A DNA stretch of 64,000 nt from Macrostomum lignano (Eukaryota): positions 1,054,001-1,118,000 of the forward strand of contig NIVC01000070.1 of NCBI GenBank assembly GCA_002269645.1, read 5' to 3'. Below the pieces are notes generated by a model, which searched no databases, was not told the DNA's origin, and saw only the letters and a program-made list of their open reading frames with translations. Shown here one piece after another: positions 49,042 through 61,560 of this stretch (the first letter of the stretch is position 1; each line of letters starts with the position of its first letter). Position numbers and translations under genes: made by a program.

Positions 49042-49998
49042 GGGTCGCCATCATAAGCGCGCACCGGCACAAGCGCGCCTGTGTATTTTATGTCAAAGTC
49101 TGGCACAGGCGCGCAGAGGCATAAGCGCGCACGTTTTGACTTGCACAAGAGCGCGGTAGAGAGTGCTCAGCATTGGCATAAGCGCGCACCATCACAAGAC
49201 CGCATTTGGCATAAGCGCGCACCATTACAAGACCGCACTGGCATAAGCGCGCACCATCACAAGACCGCATTGGCATAAGCGCGCACCATCACAAGACCGC
49301 ACTGGCATAAGCGCGCACCATCACAAGACCGCACTGGCATAAGCGCGCTATCAGAGTTTGGCACAAGCGCGCACTTCTGGCTCTGTGTTGCAAAAGCGCG
49401 CAGTCAAAGTTTGGCACAAGCGCGCAATGCAATAAATAAAAGCAGTTAAGTTGCTCCATCGTCTGTCACAAAGTAGTCGATTGTATTTGTACGAAGGAAA
49501 TCGAATTAAAATCCTTTCGACCAGTGCTTTACATGTCTGTTAGAACAAAGATGTAACACCATCTGTCAAAGAAAAAGACTACTGAAGCGTATAGACTACT
49601 GAGCCGATTCTTTTCCCTTCGATTGGCTCCATTTCGTTTCAAACACTCCAACTGCGACTGAGACTGAGATTGTCTTATTTATCTAAGTCGCAGTATCTAT
49701 CGACAGTGTACATGCTTACAATTGTGCGAACTGTGCCTCTGTTTACACCCTAACCCACCACCCCTTGTGCACTACAGCTTTGATTAAAATTTTTCTACAC
49801 TATTAAGTCAGTCGCCAAATGAAGTGCGCCCTTGTGCTTTAGAGAGTAAATAATGCGCTCTTGCGCCAAAGTCTGACAGCGCGCTTATGCCACAAGTGCG
49901 CGCCTCTGCCAGTGCGCGCCTCTGCCAGAGCGCGCTTGTGCCAGTGCGCGCCTCTGCTAGTGCGCGCATGTGCCGCTGCGCGCTTATGAAGCGTACCC
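49042..49998. mobile_element. Non-autonomous DNA transposon with GGG...CCC ends, GCGCGC-rich subterminal repeats and 8-bp TSD CACGAAGG
   Basis: TSD at 49034-49041 and 49999-50006; ends gggtcgccatcataagcgcgc and gcgcgcttatgaagcgtaccc; 32-bp tandem units at about 49175-49350. Confidence 0.8.
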
Positions 49999-51505
49999 CA
50001 CGAAGGCAGCAAAGATGACAAAGTTCAATCCTCAACATGAAAGCATCGAAAAAACCTTGATTAGGAAAGGTTTTCAAGTAAAGTGGTCAAGTTGGGATAT
50101 AATATTCACAACTGTCTCACCAAACGTGTCTACTCGTACAATTTGGATGAGACGAATTACTTGGTTGAAAAAATTATGGATGAAGACTGTAAATAGGGAC
50201 GAGCCGGGCTACAAATGCGGATGCCCCGATAAAAGGTTTAATCATAAATGCCAAAACTGTACGTGCAAGCTTATCTGGAGTAATCCTATGCGGACGTGAC
50301 ACCCACTAAGACGTACAGAAGGTTGGCAGAGTAGATGTGTCTCGACAATGTTTTGACAGTAGGAATCTGTCCCAACTATGCCCAGGCTGCCCATGTGCCG
50401 TTTGAGAGTCGATGCCTTGCTTGCTTCATTCTAGCATCCTCCGCCCAATGCTTGCCGCGGCATACGCATAAGCTTCATTTTTTTACTCGTATTTTAAAGA
50501 ATTTTTCAGAGCAGTACAGTAACAGTTACAGTAAATGATAGATTATCAATGAACTTCAGTCACCCAGCGTCAGCGGTGCCTGGTACTCGTATGGCCTCAA
50601 AGGCAACCTGTTAGCTCTATAATACAGCCTTCCCTTTACCCTAACTAAGTGAAACAGGCCAAATATTAGTGCAACTACTACTAGCTGGGCTGATCGGTTG
50701 GTTGGAACGGAAATTTGTTGTAAATTTCCACTCGCAGCCCCTGTCACGGGGTAGAGAAACTGGCCTTGTTTTGGGAGTGGCGGGCGCCGGCTGGGGTGGT
50801 GGATCGGTACGAGAGAGCTGGAGTCGGGCACACCCGCCCCTCCAACCCCACCGCCCCATTGCCACCTGGGCACATTTTGTTCAAAATCTCTAACTCCGTC
50901 AAGTCAGGACGTCAAGCTTTGGGCTTTCCTTGCCGGGCAGTGCACGGGTAGTGCCTGTACGAGTACGTTTACCGTACGCACGTCGCACAAGGCACAAAAT
51001 GGTTTTAAATAGAATAGAATAGTGAGTGCTATTTCAGAGCAGATTGGCAAGAATGCTGGCAAAATATTGTAGCGATCGGTCGGCTCCGCTCCAAACCCTC
51101 TTTCCCTTTCTTTCCTACCTTGCTTAACATGTCAGTCTTTTGCCAGATCTTGCGTTGAGGCTTTGCATTTCCTATGCGGTGGGTTTGACGCACTGTGGAG
51201 TGGGTTAGGCTGGCTGGCATCGGACATTGGCTGAGGCCAAGAATGGGGTTGGCCGGATTCTCTCTCCTTGCATGCAGAGACCCTAGTGTTTTGTTAACAG
51301 ATAGATGTACATAGAGTTACAGTCCCCTTCCTCACCCCTGCCCTCTGTAAGTTCTGTCAGTCGGCTAGCTTATATCATTTACAGCTGGCTCTGTATTTGC
51401 ATACTCGCTTAGTGGCAAGAATCAAAACTGAACAGGCCTTCTCTGTTGAAATAATTAAACAATAGAAAATTTTGTCTTTGTTAGACAGCTGACTAACTAA
51501 CAACA

Positions 51506-51544
51506 ATGCTAGGTATTAATGTCACCAACAAGACTTCCCTGATG
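51506..51544 (+). CDS. GLUL: Glutamine synthetase type II, paralog 1, exon 1 (MLGINVTNKTSLM)
   Basis: ATG plus 12 codons, donor ATG|gtaagt, phase 0. Confidence 0.75.
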
Positions 51545-51914
51545 GTAAGTTGCTACCCTCCACCTCATATCATATTCATTTCTAAGTTAGTTAATAATTT
51601 TATGGTGCATCGTACTCTAAGCAAAGAGAATACGAGAAAGTTTTGCCATAGAAGCCCCTTTTGAAACTCTATAGTTAATCGTAGAAACTGAGTATAAGTG
51701 CAGATAAAAGATCAACATATGCACATGGCATGCCTGGCCCGGTAGTTGATCAAAGCTTTAGTTAGACTTTGAAACGGCAAAGTCAGCACAATGGTGCTAC
51801 AGCATCAACGCTGCATTAATGCCAAGCTAATCACGGAGGTAACCATTGCTGCATAAAATATTAGAAGCCTATATGAAATTCCGAGGTTGCATTTGACGTT
51901 CTTCCCACTTTTAG

Positions 51915-52038
51915 CGGTACCTGGCCCTACCGCAGCCGGAAGACAAGATCCAGTGTATGTACATCTGGATTGACGGAACTGGAGAAAACCTGCGGGCCAA
52001 GACCAGGACTGTTGATGCCCTGCCGAAGACTGCCAAGG
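51915..52038 (+). CDS. GLUL: GS paralog 1, exon 2 ([32 protein letters not shown])
   Basis: ttttag| acceptor, G|gtgagt donor; [15 protein letters not shown] signature. Confidence 0.93.
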
Positions 52039-52491
52039 GTGAGTTCAATCATAATTATTTATATAAATTCAACCCAACATCGGGGGAAAAGCTGCAAACT
52101 GTAAAAAGGTCAGTGAACTTCAAATGTCAGTGAAGTTGTGTGGTTAATTGACACGCGTTGAAAATTACAAAGTTCTGCTGACTTCATGAGGGGGGCTTTT
52201 AGCCTTGGCATGTGCATTACAAAATCACGTGCTCGCGTGCACTAACAGCTACCGGCAAACAAACAACCCTTTGGTGTTCTAATCAATGCTTACATTTGTT
52301 TTGCCTTCTTGTTCAATTTATTATTGCTAAAGCCTTTTTTGCATTAGCAAACCCTTGCGTGACTGCACCAACTTGCAATTGACATTTACACGTAGTTTGG
52401 CGTCACGTTCAAGTCGTTTCGGTTATGCGTTGAAGTGAACTTTATATGGTTAATGAACAATAAATAGTATTATTTATTACTCTTTCTGCAG

Positions 52492-52940
52492 AGCTGCCAA
52501 TCTGGAACTTCGACGGCTCCAGCACCGGCCAGGCGGTCGGCGAGAACTCCGACGTCATGATCCACCCGGTGGCCATGTTCAAGGATCCTTTCCGTGGTGG
52601 AAAGAATCAGCTGGTGCTGTGCGAGACGTACGCCTACGACGGCAAAGTGCATCCGACTAATAAGCGGCACACCTGTGTGGAGGCGATGGAAAAAGCCAAG
52701 GACTTCAAACCGTGGTTCGGTATTGAGCAGGAGTACACCATGCTGGACACCGATACTCACCCGTTCGGCTGGCCTAAGAACGGCTTCCCCGGACCGCAGG
52801 GTCCTTACTACACTGGTGTCGGCGCCAACAAGGTCTACGGGCGCGATGTGGTTGAGGCGCACTACCGCGCCTGCTTGTACTCTGGTGTGAAAATTGCTGG
52901 CACCAACGCCGAGGTCATGCCAGCCCAGTGGGAATTCCAG
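52492..52940 (+). CDS. GLUL: GS paralog 1, exon 3 ([11 protein letters not shown]...WFGIEQEY...GPYY...[12 protein letters not shown])
   Basis: ctgcag| acceptor, CAG|gtgcga donor, phase 1-0. Confidence 0.95.
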
Positions 52941-53118
52941 GTGCGAATGCGAGGTTGCGGATGTGGTGTGGGACTGTGCGGAATAATTATTGGCTTGGCT
53001 AGGTCATTACCCACAGAAGCGGATGTTGATGTGGTTTCGATATTGGTATAACCCTTCATTCGTTTCAAAGAACAAGAAGTTAATGCGTTTACGCATGAAA
53101 ATAACGTTACTTTTCCAG

Positions 53119-53446
53119 GTCGGGCCGTGCGAAGGTATCGAAATGGGCGACCACCTGTGGATTGGCCGTTTCCTTCTGCACCGCGTTGCCGAAGACTTTG
53201 GTATTGTGATCACCTACGACCCCAAGCCGATGCCAGGCGACTGGAACGGTGCCGGAGCGCACTGCAACTACAGCACGCTAGAGATGCGCCAGCCGGGTGG
53301 CATGAAAGCCATGGTGGCCGCCATTGAGAAGCTGGGCAAGCGCCACGCCACCCACATCCGGGCCTACGATCCCAAGGGCGGGGCGGATAACAAGCGTCGT
53401 TTGACTGGCCTGCACGAGACTTCCAGCATTGAAAATTTCAGTTATG
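53119..53446 (+). CDS. GLUL: GS paralog 1, exon 4 (VGPCEG...[13 protein letters not shown]...[10 protein letters not shown])
   Basis: ttccag| acceptor, G|gtgaga donor, phase 0-1. Confidence 0.95.
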
Positions 53447-53611
53447 GTGAGAAATTCGGTGGCGAGCTTGAAAAGTTTGCAACAGCAAGTCAGGTTTCAA
53501 AAGCAGTTAGCAAGTACTTTAACAAACTCTGATGCGAACTAATACTTTTAGTCATATTTATTATCAGTAGTTATACACGAGCTATGAAAACAATTTCACA
53601 CCGCACCGCAG

Positions 53612-53766
53612 GCGTGGCCCACCGCGGCTCCTCCATCCGGATCCCGCGCCAGTGCAGCGACGACGGCTGCGGCTACATCGAGGACCGGCGTCCGTCGTCC
53701 AACTGCGATCCGTACAGCGTCACCGAGATGCTGGTGCGCACCACCTGCCTGAACGAGACCGACTGA
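53612..53766 (+). CDS. GLUL: GS paralog 1, exon 5 ([12 protein letters not shown]...[15 protein letters not shown]...LNETD*)
   Basis: ccgcag| acceptor; stop TGA. Spliced total 1095 nt = 364 aa. Confidence 0.95.
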
Positions 53767-55516
53767 GCAAGCAAGGCAGCAGCCGGACCCGGATATTTGA
53801 AAAAATAACAATCAAACAAAAGAACTTACCTTTGAAAAACGAGTTTACTCAGTCTAATAATCAATTTTAGGCATAAAAACAATCTGCCCAATTTCAAGTT
53901 CTTTACTATCAGCTTCTCATATTTTCGTCTACTCTTGACAGATAGCCATCGCTATACTCAAAATCCGTTTCCATGAAGAGCCAACTGTTTTTAAATAACC
54001 CCTTCTCTTTTTAACCCAGCTTTTCTCGAATAGAAACAACATTGCTGCTTCTCTTGCACGAAATAAAACAAATAAATCGTGTTCCGTTTAGGTTTTAAAT
54101 ACCAAATAGCAATTTCTTTATCTAATTATTTGTGTTAATAAGTCATTTTCATAGCGATTCTGGAGAGTACATGAGCGCTAATTGTTAACTCCCGCAACCA
54201 AATACTCTTTTAAGCAAGCTATTATAGGTTATCGCCATGTATAAAGTACTCGTATGCAACAACAGCAGACAATTTTGAAGCGAAAATCAGGTTTAAACCT
54301 ATATGATTGCACTAAATTTTCCTTTCCACGGCTATGATGTTCTCTATCCTTTTTAGCAAGAGCATGCTGCTTGAAATAAAGGCTTGTACTCAAAATCGTA
54401 AAATGTATTTGTTCCTGTATGTCGCCATTTTTTTCTCGAACGTTAACGGGTTAAACAAAAAAAGAGTTTGTTAACAGTTTCATTCTTGCGCAAAATTTTC
54501 TATCTGGTATAGGCTCTTAGATTCTCTTCACTTTTTGTTTAGAGACTTTTAATACCTGTATGAGTCGACTCTAATCTTGTATTGGTAACTTTGACGTCCA
54601 CAATAAATCAATTAAATGAATTTCCAAACCGCACCATTTCAATTATTAGTGTTTCTCCCATGGCACAATTCGCCATTAGCCATTAAACTGTGGACTTTTG
54701 TTGTTTTTTATTTCAGAAATATCTTCGAAATTTGCATTTGAAAGTCTAAATAAGCAGGCTCGGTCTGGCGTGGAGCTGCAAGTCAGCTGACAATGCACAC
54801 GCCAGACCTGCCAGTGCAGGCTCGAAATAGAAAAAAACAAAAATAATTTAGAAGTGCAGTGCAAATCTAGTTTATACAGGCCAAGTAAATATGCCAGTGT
54901 AACATAGCAAATTGCAACATGTGTTTTATGCCAGATCTTTTCTTACAAGAAGAAGCAACGAACACCAGTGACATTTACGGTCTGGCACGAAAACAAACAG
55001 CTGCATCATCGGTACGAAATCCTGGCTTTGACGTTCGTGCGTTCAAGAAAACTTTTTCGCTCTTGTAGGACTTCGTTCCTTTTACATTTATGCGGCTTTC
55101 CAATTTTTATGTATGCCAAAGAAAAATGGCCATAAAATCAGCCTTTAGCTAAATCTTCTTGATCAATCATTTATTACCGACTGAGTGCTTTATCGAGTCA
55201 CTTTGAAAGGGGATTTCTGTCGACAGAATTCAAACTTGAGCCTATAGGACTTACGAGTATCTGCATGCATGGCGTCTAACTTATTCAGGCAAATGCAAAA
55301 CACTGAATTGCATTGATAAGCTTCTGTCAACAGTAAATATTCGAAGCAGAAATGTACACTTGTTATCTGGTCTGACCGGCTCTAAAAATTTAGTTTACAC
55401 GTAATTTCAGCCCAAAACAATTTGCTCATAGTGTTAGCGCTTGGGTCACGCTCTTAATGTTGTGGTTGTAATTGACCTGAAAAGTTCATTTCTTTGGAAC
55501 TTTTTTGAGTTCAATT

Positions 55517-56422
55517 CCGAGATGCCATGGCTCAATGGATAATGCAGAGGATAATGCTGAGATGCCATAAGGCTCAGTGGATAATGCTGAGATGCCATGG
55601 CTCAATGGATATTGCAGAGATGCCATGGCTCAGTAGATAATGCTGAGATGCCATAAGGCTCAGTGGATAATGCTGAGATGCCATGGCTCAATGGATATTG
55701 CAGAGATGTCATGGCTCAATGGATATTGCAGAGATGCCATGGCTCAGTGGATAATGCTGAGATGCCATGGCTCAATGGATATTGCAGAGATGCCATGGCT
55801 CAATGGATAATGCTGAGATGCCATAAGGCTCAGTGGATAATGCTGAGATGCCATGGCTCAATGGATATTGCAGAGATGTCATGGCTCAATGGATATTGCA
55901 GAGATGCCATGGCTCAATGGATAATGCAGAGATGCCATGGCTCAATGGATAATGCAGAGATGCCATGGCTCAATGGATATTGCAGAGATGTCATGGCTCA
56001 ATGGATATTGCAGAAATGTCATGGCTCAATGAATAATGCTGAGATGTCATAGCTCAATGAATAATGCTGAGATGTCATGGCTCAATGGATAATGCTGAGA
56101 TGCCATGGCTAAATGGATAATGCTGAGATGTCATGGCTCAATGGATAATGCTGAGATGCCATGGCTCAATGGATATTGCAGGGATGCCATGGCTTAATGG
56201 AAAATGCAGAGATGCCATGGCTCAATGGATAATGCAGAGATGCCATGGCTCAATGGATAATGCAGAGATGCCATGGCTCAATGGATAATGCTGAGATGCC
56301 ATGGCTCAATGGATAATGCAGAGATGCCATGGCTCAATGGATAATGCTGAGATGCCATGGCTCAATGGATAATGCAGAGATGCCATGGCTCAATGGATAA
56401 TGCTGAGATGCCATGGCTCAAT
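55517..56422. repeat. 28-bp minisatellite (GAGATGCCATGGCTCAATGGATAATGCT)
   Basis: About 32 units; a short array of the same family recurs at 57197-57345. Confidence 0.93.
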
Positions 56423-57766
56423 TCTTAGCGTGACTAAATATACAATTTGTGTGAGTGCCGGCGCACCCACCCAGCCACCAAGAAAGCAACTGGTGTGCAC
56501 TGAGTTTTGCGAGCTGGGTTGAACGCTTCATGGCAGCAGGTGAGTCAGCCCTGTCTTTACTCCACACGCAACTCAGCTGAGTGCAGCGCTGCTGGAGAAT
56601 AGAGTTGGAAAAAGCAGCAGCTCATATTGGATTTAGCAGTTTGGCAGCAGCTGCTGCAGCAGGCAAGCCCCTGTGGAGTAAAGAAATTTTTTCTTCCGTT
56701 TTTCTGTTTTGCTCTCAAGTCGCGCCAGGGAGAGCAGCGCTGGCAACGCATGAATGTAGAGGCAAACTTCTGAGAAGTTGAAAAGGGGGGGTGGGGCGCA
56801 CAAGCAAATAACAAAGGCCCTGGAAATTAAGCCTATCGGTCTTGAGTGGCCCGTGACGCACTTCTATACATTTGCGCACGCAAGTATTTAATTATTTTCA
56901 ATTGCCCAGGGTTTGTAAACTGTAAATGGGACTTTGCTGAGCTGGCCTGACTGATAGGAAACTATGAGCAGTGAGCAGTTAGAATTCGTTTTAATCAGCA
57001 ATTCAGCGATTGTAATTCTGCGAGTTGCTCAAGCAACAGTCCAGCATGTTGCTGTTGCGTACGCAAGAGTGGGGCCACCGGCCCTACAAAGATTGCACTC
57101 CCGCAAAAACTGAATGAAAGAGTTAACCCAGCTCGACAAATTAAATGAGCTTAACATACATTTACCAAACAAAGCTTTAGAGGCTTAAAGGTGCTGCTCA
57201 GATGCCATGGCTCAAGGGATAATTCTGAGATGCCATGGCTCAATGGATAATGCTGAGATGCCATGGCTCAAGGGATAATGCTGAGAAGCCATGGCTCAAG
57301 GGATAATGCTGAGATGCCATGGCTCAAGGGATAAATGCTAAGACACGGCAAGGTTAAAACAAGCTCTATATTGTACATTTAGTAGTGAAAAAACGGCCCA
57401 TTCACAGCTCAGTCCAGACCTCTAACTTAAGGCGTCCCTGGCGGCAACGCAAAGCCGGTGTTCCACTGGTGGGGGAGGGGTTGGAAAGAGAGAGAAAAAA
57501 TCCGCTTCGCTCTGCCCGGCAGTCACATGACAAAACCGTACATTAGCCAAGAGCTCGCATAGTGCCTAGACAAGGGCAGAACTGTAGGTCCAATACTTTG
57601 GGGGCTTGGCTTATATATCTGTACCAATGTGTGGCCCGGCAAGACGAATTTGGTATTTAGTGCGCTCCCACTACCAAAAGCTGGACAAAAAAGGCATTGC
57701 CAGATATTTTTTGTAAAGCAAAGTTTTGATTTGTTAAACTTTTCATTAACAAGAAAAAGAAGCGTC

Positions 57767-57820
57767 ATGGCCGGAGTAATGCTTGGAACAAAGCTTTGCA
57801 CTAACAAAATCGTCCTGGAG
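57767..57820 (+). CDS. GLUL: GS paralog 2, exon 1 (MAGVMLGTKLCTNKIVLE)
   Basis: gtcATGG start, donor GAG|gtaaaa, phase 0; TNK..L aligns with paralog 1. Confidence 0.78.
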
Positions 57821-57914
57821 GTAAAAAAGCTGCGCTCTTTTTCAAATTTGAATTCATGCAAAATTTCAACTACGTGTATAACAAATTATAATTTTGGAAA
57901 ACAATAAATTTCAG

Positions 57915-58038
57915 CGCTACATGTCGCTGCCGCAGCCGAAGGACAAGGTGCAGTGCATGTACGTCTGGATAGACGGCACCGGGGAGAATCTCCGCGCCAA
58001 GACCCGAACTCTCGACTTTGTTCCCAAAGATCCTAAAG
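57915..58038 (+). CDS. GLUL: GS paralog 2, exon 2 ([32 protein letters not shown])
   Basis: tttcag| acceptor, G|gtgatt donor; 124 bp like paralog 1. Confidence 0.93.
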
Positions 58039-58167
58039 GTGATTGATGAGATTATTGTTAAAAGTGCTTTAACTGGAAACAAAAAGAGGCTTGGGGAAAA
58101 CTTTAGGTCAACATTTTGCAGAAAACTCAGGGGGTCGAATCTCAGGATACAGGAAAGGCAACCCGCA

Positions 58168-59297
58168 AAATCTCAGGAGACAGAGGGGCAAATCTCAGGA
58201 GACAGGGGGCAAATCTCAGGAGACAGGGAGCAAATCTCAGGAGACAGGGGGCAAATCTCAGGAGACAGAGGGGGGGAAATCTCAGGAGACAGGGGGGGGG
58301 GGCAAATCTCAGGAGACAGGGGGCAAATCTCAGGAGACAGGGGGGGGGCAAATCTCAGGAGACAGGGGGCAAATCTCTGGAGACAGGGGGGGGCAAATCT
58401 CAGGAGACAGGGGGCAAATCTCAGGAGACAGGGGGGGCAAATCTCAGGAGACAGGGGGGCAAATCTCAGGAGACAGGGGGGGGGGGGCAAATCTCAGGAG
58501 ACAGGGGGGCAAATCTCAGGAGACAGGGGGCAAATCTCAGGAGACAGGGGGCAAATCTCAGGAGACAGGGGGCAAATCTCAGGAGACAGGGGGGGGGCAA
58601 ATCTCAGGAGACAGGGGGGGGCAAATCTCAGGAGACAGGGGGGCAAATCTCAGGAGACAGGGGGGGCAAATCTCAGGAGACAGGGGGCAAATCTCAGGAG
58701 ACAGGGGGGCAAATCTCAGGAGACAGGGGGGGGGGGCAAATCTCAGGAGACAGGGGGCAAATCTCAGGAGACAGGGGGGCAAATCTCAGGAGACAGGGGG
58801 CAAATCTCAGGAGACAGGGGGCAAATCTCAGGAGACAGGGGGCAAATCTCAGGAGACAGGGGCAAATCTCAGGAGACAGGGGGGGGGCAAATCTCAGGAG
58901 ACAGGGGGCAAATCTCAGGAGACAGGGGGGCAAATCTCAGGAGACAGGGGGCAAATCTCAGGAGACAGGGGGCAAATCTCAGGAGACAGGGGGGGGGGCA
59001 AATCTCAGGAGACAGGGGGCAAATCTCAGGAGACAGGGGGCAAATCTCAGGAGACAGGGGGCAAATCTCAGGAGACAGGGGGCAAATCTCAGGAGACAGG
59101 GGGCAAATCTCAGGAGACAGGGGGCAAATCTCAGGAGACAGGGGGGGGGGCAAATCTCAGGAGACAGGGGGCAAATCTCAGGAGACAGGGGGCAAATCTC
59201 AGGAGACAGGGGGCAAATCTCAGGAGACAGGGGGCAAATCTCAGGAGACAGGGGGCAAATCTCAGGAGACAGGGGGCAAATCTCAGGAGACAGGGGG
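58168..59297. repeat. ~21-bp minisatellite CAAATCTCAGGAGACA(G)n with variable G-run, in GS paralog 2 intron 2
   Basis: About 50 units; explains the repetitive ORFs at 58018-59398. Confidence 0.95.
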
Positions 59298-59364
59298 CCA
59301 ATAGTCAAAAAAGTGAAGCCATAGGAAAAGTGATTCAATAGCCATGGACCTGCCCCAACTGCAG

Positions 59365-59813
59365 AGCTGCCAATCTGGAACTTTGACGGCTCCAGCACCG
59401 GCCAGGCTGTCGGCGAGAACTCCGACGTGATGATCCACCCCGTGGCGCTCTACCAGGACCCGGTGCGCGGCAACAACAATCGCTTGGTGCTGTGCGAGAC
59501 CTACGCCCACGACGGCAAGGTGCACCCGACTAACCTGCGGCACGGCTGCGTGCAGGTCATGGAGAAGGCCAAAAGTTTCAAGCCGTGGTTTGCGTTCGAG
59601 CAGGAGTACACCTTGATGGACATCGACGATCAGCCGTTCGGCTGGCCCAAGAACGGCTTCCCCGGACCGCAGGGTCCCTACTACACCAGCGTCGGCGCCA
59701 ACAAGGCCTACGGCCGCGACGTGGTCGAGGCGCACTACAAGGCCTGTTTGAGGGCCGGAATCAACATCTTCGGCACCAATGCCGAGGGCATGCCATCTCA
59801 GTGGGAGTTCCAG
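59365..59813 (+). CDS. GLUL: GS paralog 2, exon 3 ([11 protein letters not shown]...WFAFEQEY...[12 protein letters not shown])
   Basis: ctgcag| acceptor, CAG|gtgcga donor, 449 bp. Confidence 0.95.
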
Positions 59814-59957
59814 GTGCGATGCGCTTGGGCATGGGACTGCTGGTGATCTCTGATCTGTGTGAATCGGGGATTTTCCGATGTGTGAATCGGGGGTTTCTAT
59901 TCTGTGATCTTTGATGCGTGAACGAAAATTTTAGTATCTGCAACAAATGCAATGCAG

Positions 59958-60282
59958 ATTGGTCCATCCGAGGGCATCACCGCGAGTGACGACCTGTGGA
60001 TGGCCCGCTTCCTCATTCATCGGATCGCCGAGGACTTCGGCATCGCCGTGACCCTCGAGCCGAAGCTGAAGAAGGACTGGAGCGGCGCCGGCGGCCATGT
60101 GAACTTCAGCACTGTGCAGATGCGACAGCCGGGCGGCCTGGCCGTCATCAAAGAGGCCGTCGAGAAGCTGAGCAAGCGGCACCAGACTCACCTGAAGTTC
60201 TACGACCCGAAGGGCGGCGCCGACAACCTGCGCCGGCTCACCTGCATGCACGAGACGTCCAGCTTTTACGAGTTCACGCACG
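59958..60282 (+). CDS. GLUL: GS paralog 2, exon 4 (IGPSEG...DWSGAGGHVNFST...RLTCMHETSS)
   Basis: atgcag| acceptor, G|gtaggc donor, 325 bp. Confidence 0.93.
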
Positions 60283-60444
60283 GTAGGCTTCTGAACGAAA
60301 GATGAGCCACTTCTTAAAGTGCGGCTCAGCCCGAACTGGACAGAAATCAAATTGATTCCAGAGTGCGGCTAATTAAGTGACTACTCAGCCCGTCACAAGC
60401 TGGGTCTCGTGGGATATCTAGGCGCCTAAGGTGTCCAAGCGACA

Positions 60445-60660
60445 GTCTAGGTGTCCGGACGACAGACTAATTGTCCAGAGGATGAACTAGGTGTCCAGAG
60501 GATGAACTAGGTGTCCGGAGGATGAACTAGGTGTCCGGAGGATGAACTAGGTGTCCGGAGGATGAACTAGGTGTCCGGAGGATGAACTAGGTGTCCGGAG
60601 GATGAACTAGGTGTCCGGACGACACGTTAGGTGTCCGAGGGGTGAACTAGGTATCTGGGT
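60445..60660. repeat. 20-bp minisatellite (GTGTCCGGAGGATGAACTAG) in GS paralog 2 intron 4
   Basis: Directly visible. Confidence 0.9.
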
Positions 60661-60827
60661 GATGGAATAGTTGTCCGGGTGACATTAGCACTAGGCATAG
60701 GACTGCCTATGCAACCAAAGTCAGTATCTGAACACTAAGCACAAGTTTCAGAGCACTAATTAAGAGACATCAATGTTAAACTGTGAAAGGCCAAATTATA
60801 CTTGTTCTTGTATACCAACCCCCGCAG

Positions 60828-60982
60828 GTGTGGCGCACCGCAACGCCTCGGTGCGAATTCCGCGCCAGGTGAACGAAGACGGCTGCGGTTACCTGGAGGA
60901 TCGCCGGCCAACGGCCAACTGCGACCCCTACGCTGTTACGGAGATGCTGGTGCGCACCACCTGCCTGAATGAGACCGACTGA
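60828..60982 (+). CDS. GLUL: GS paralog 2, exon 5 ([12 protein letters not shown]...[15 protein letters not shown]...LNETD*)
   Basis: ccgcag| acceptor; stop TGA. Spliced total 1107 nt = 368 aa. Confidence 0.95.
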
Positions 60983-61149
60983 GCAGCTGGGAGAGTCACT
61001 AATTCGATCACTCGAAAGTTGAGACTTGTTAAATCCTACCTTGGCTGGACTTTGTTGAAATTTTTGGCCTTCCATTTTGCCAAAACTTGATTTGAGTCAT
61101 TAATAAGGAGCTTCTGACAGATTCTACTGACACATTTGTCTGATATGAT

Positions 61150-61560
61150 CCATCTGACAGACCCCTCTGACAGACCCCTCTGACAGACCCCTCTGACAGA
61201 CCCTCTGACAGACCCCTCTGACAGACCCTTCTGACAGACCCCTCTGACAGACCCTCTGACAGACCCCTCTGACAGACCCCTCTGACAGACCCCTCTGACA
61301 GACCCCTCTGACAGACCCTCTGACAGACCCCTCTGACAGACCCTCTGACAGAACCCTCTGACAGACCCCTCTGACAGACCCTCTGACAAACCCTCTGACA
61401 GACCCTCTGACAGACCCCTCTGACAGACCCCTCTGACAGACCCCTCTGACAGACCCCTCTGACAGACCCCTCTGACAGACCCCTTTGACAGACCCCTCTG
61501 ACAGACCCCTCTGAGGCTCTGACAGACCCCTCTGACAGACCCCTGACAGACCCCTCTGGC
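61150..61560. repeat. 14-15-bp minisatellite (CTCTGACAGACCC)
   Basis: Directly visible. Confidence 0.92.

Noticed and set aside
51915-58038. Exact 6000-bp offset between GS paralog exon 2 coordinates
   Set aside because: Other exons have different offsets and the introns are unrelated; coincidence, not a duplication unit or assembly artefact.
58018-59398. 400-aa Gly-rich ORFs
   Set aside because: Intronic repeat between GS paralog 2 exons 2 and 3.
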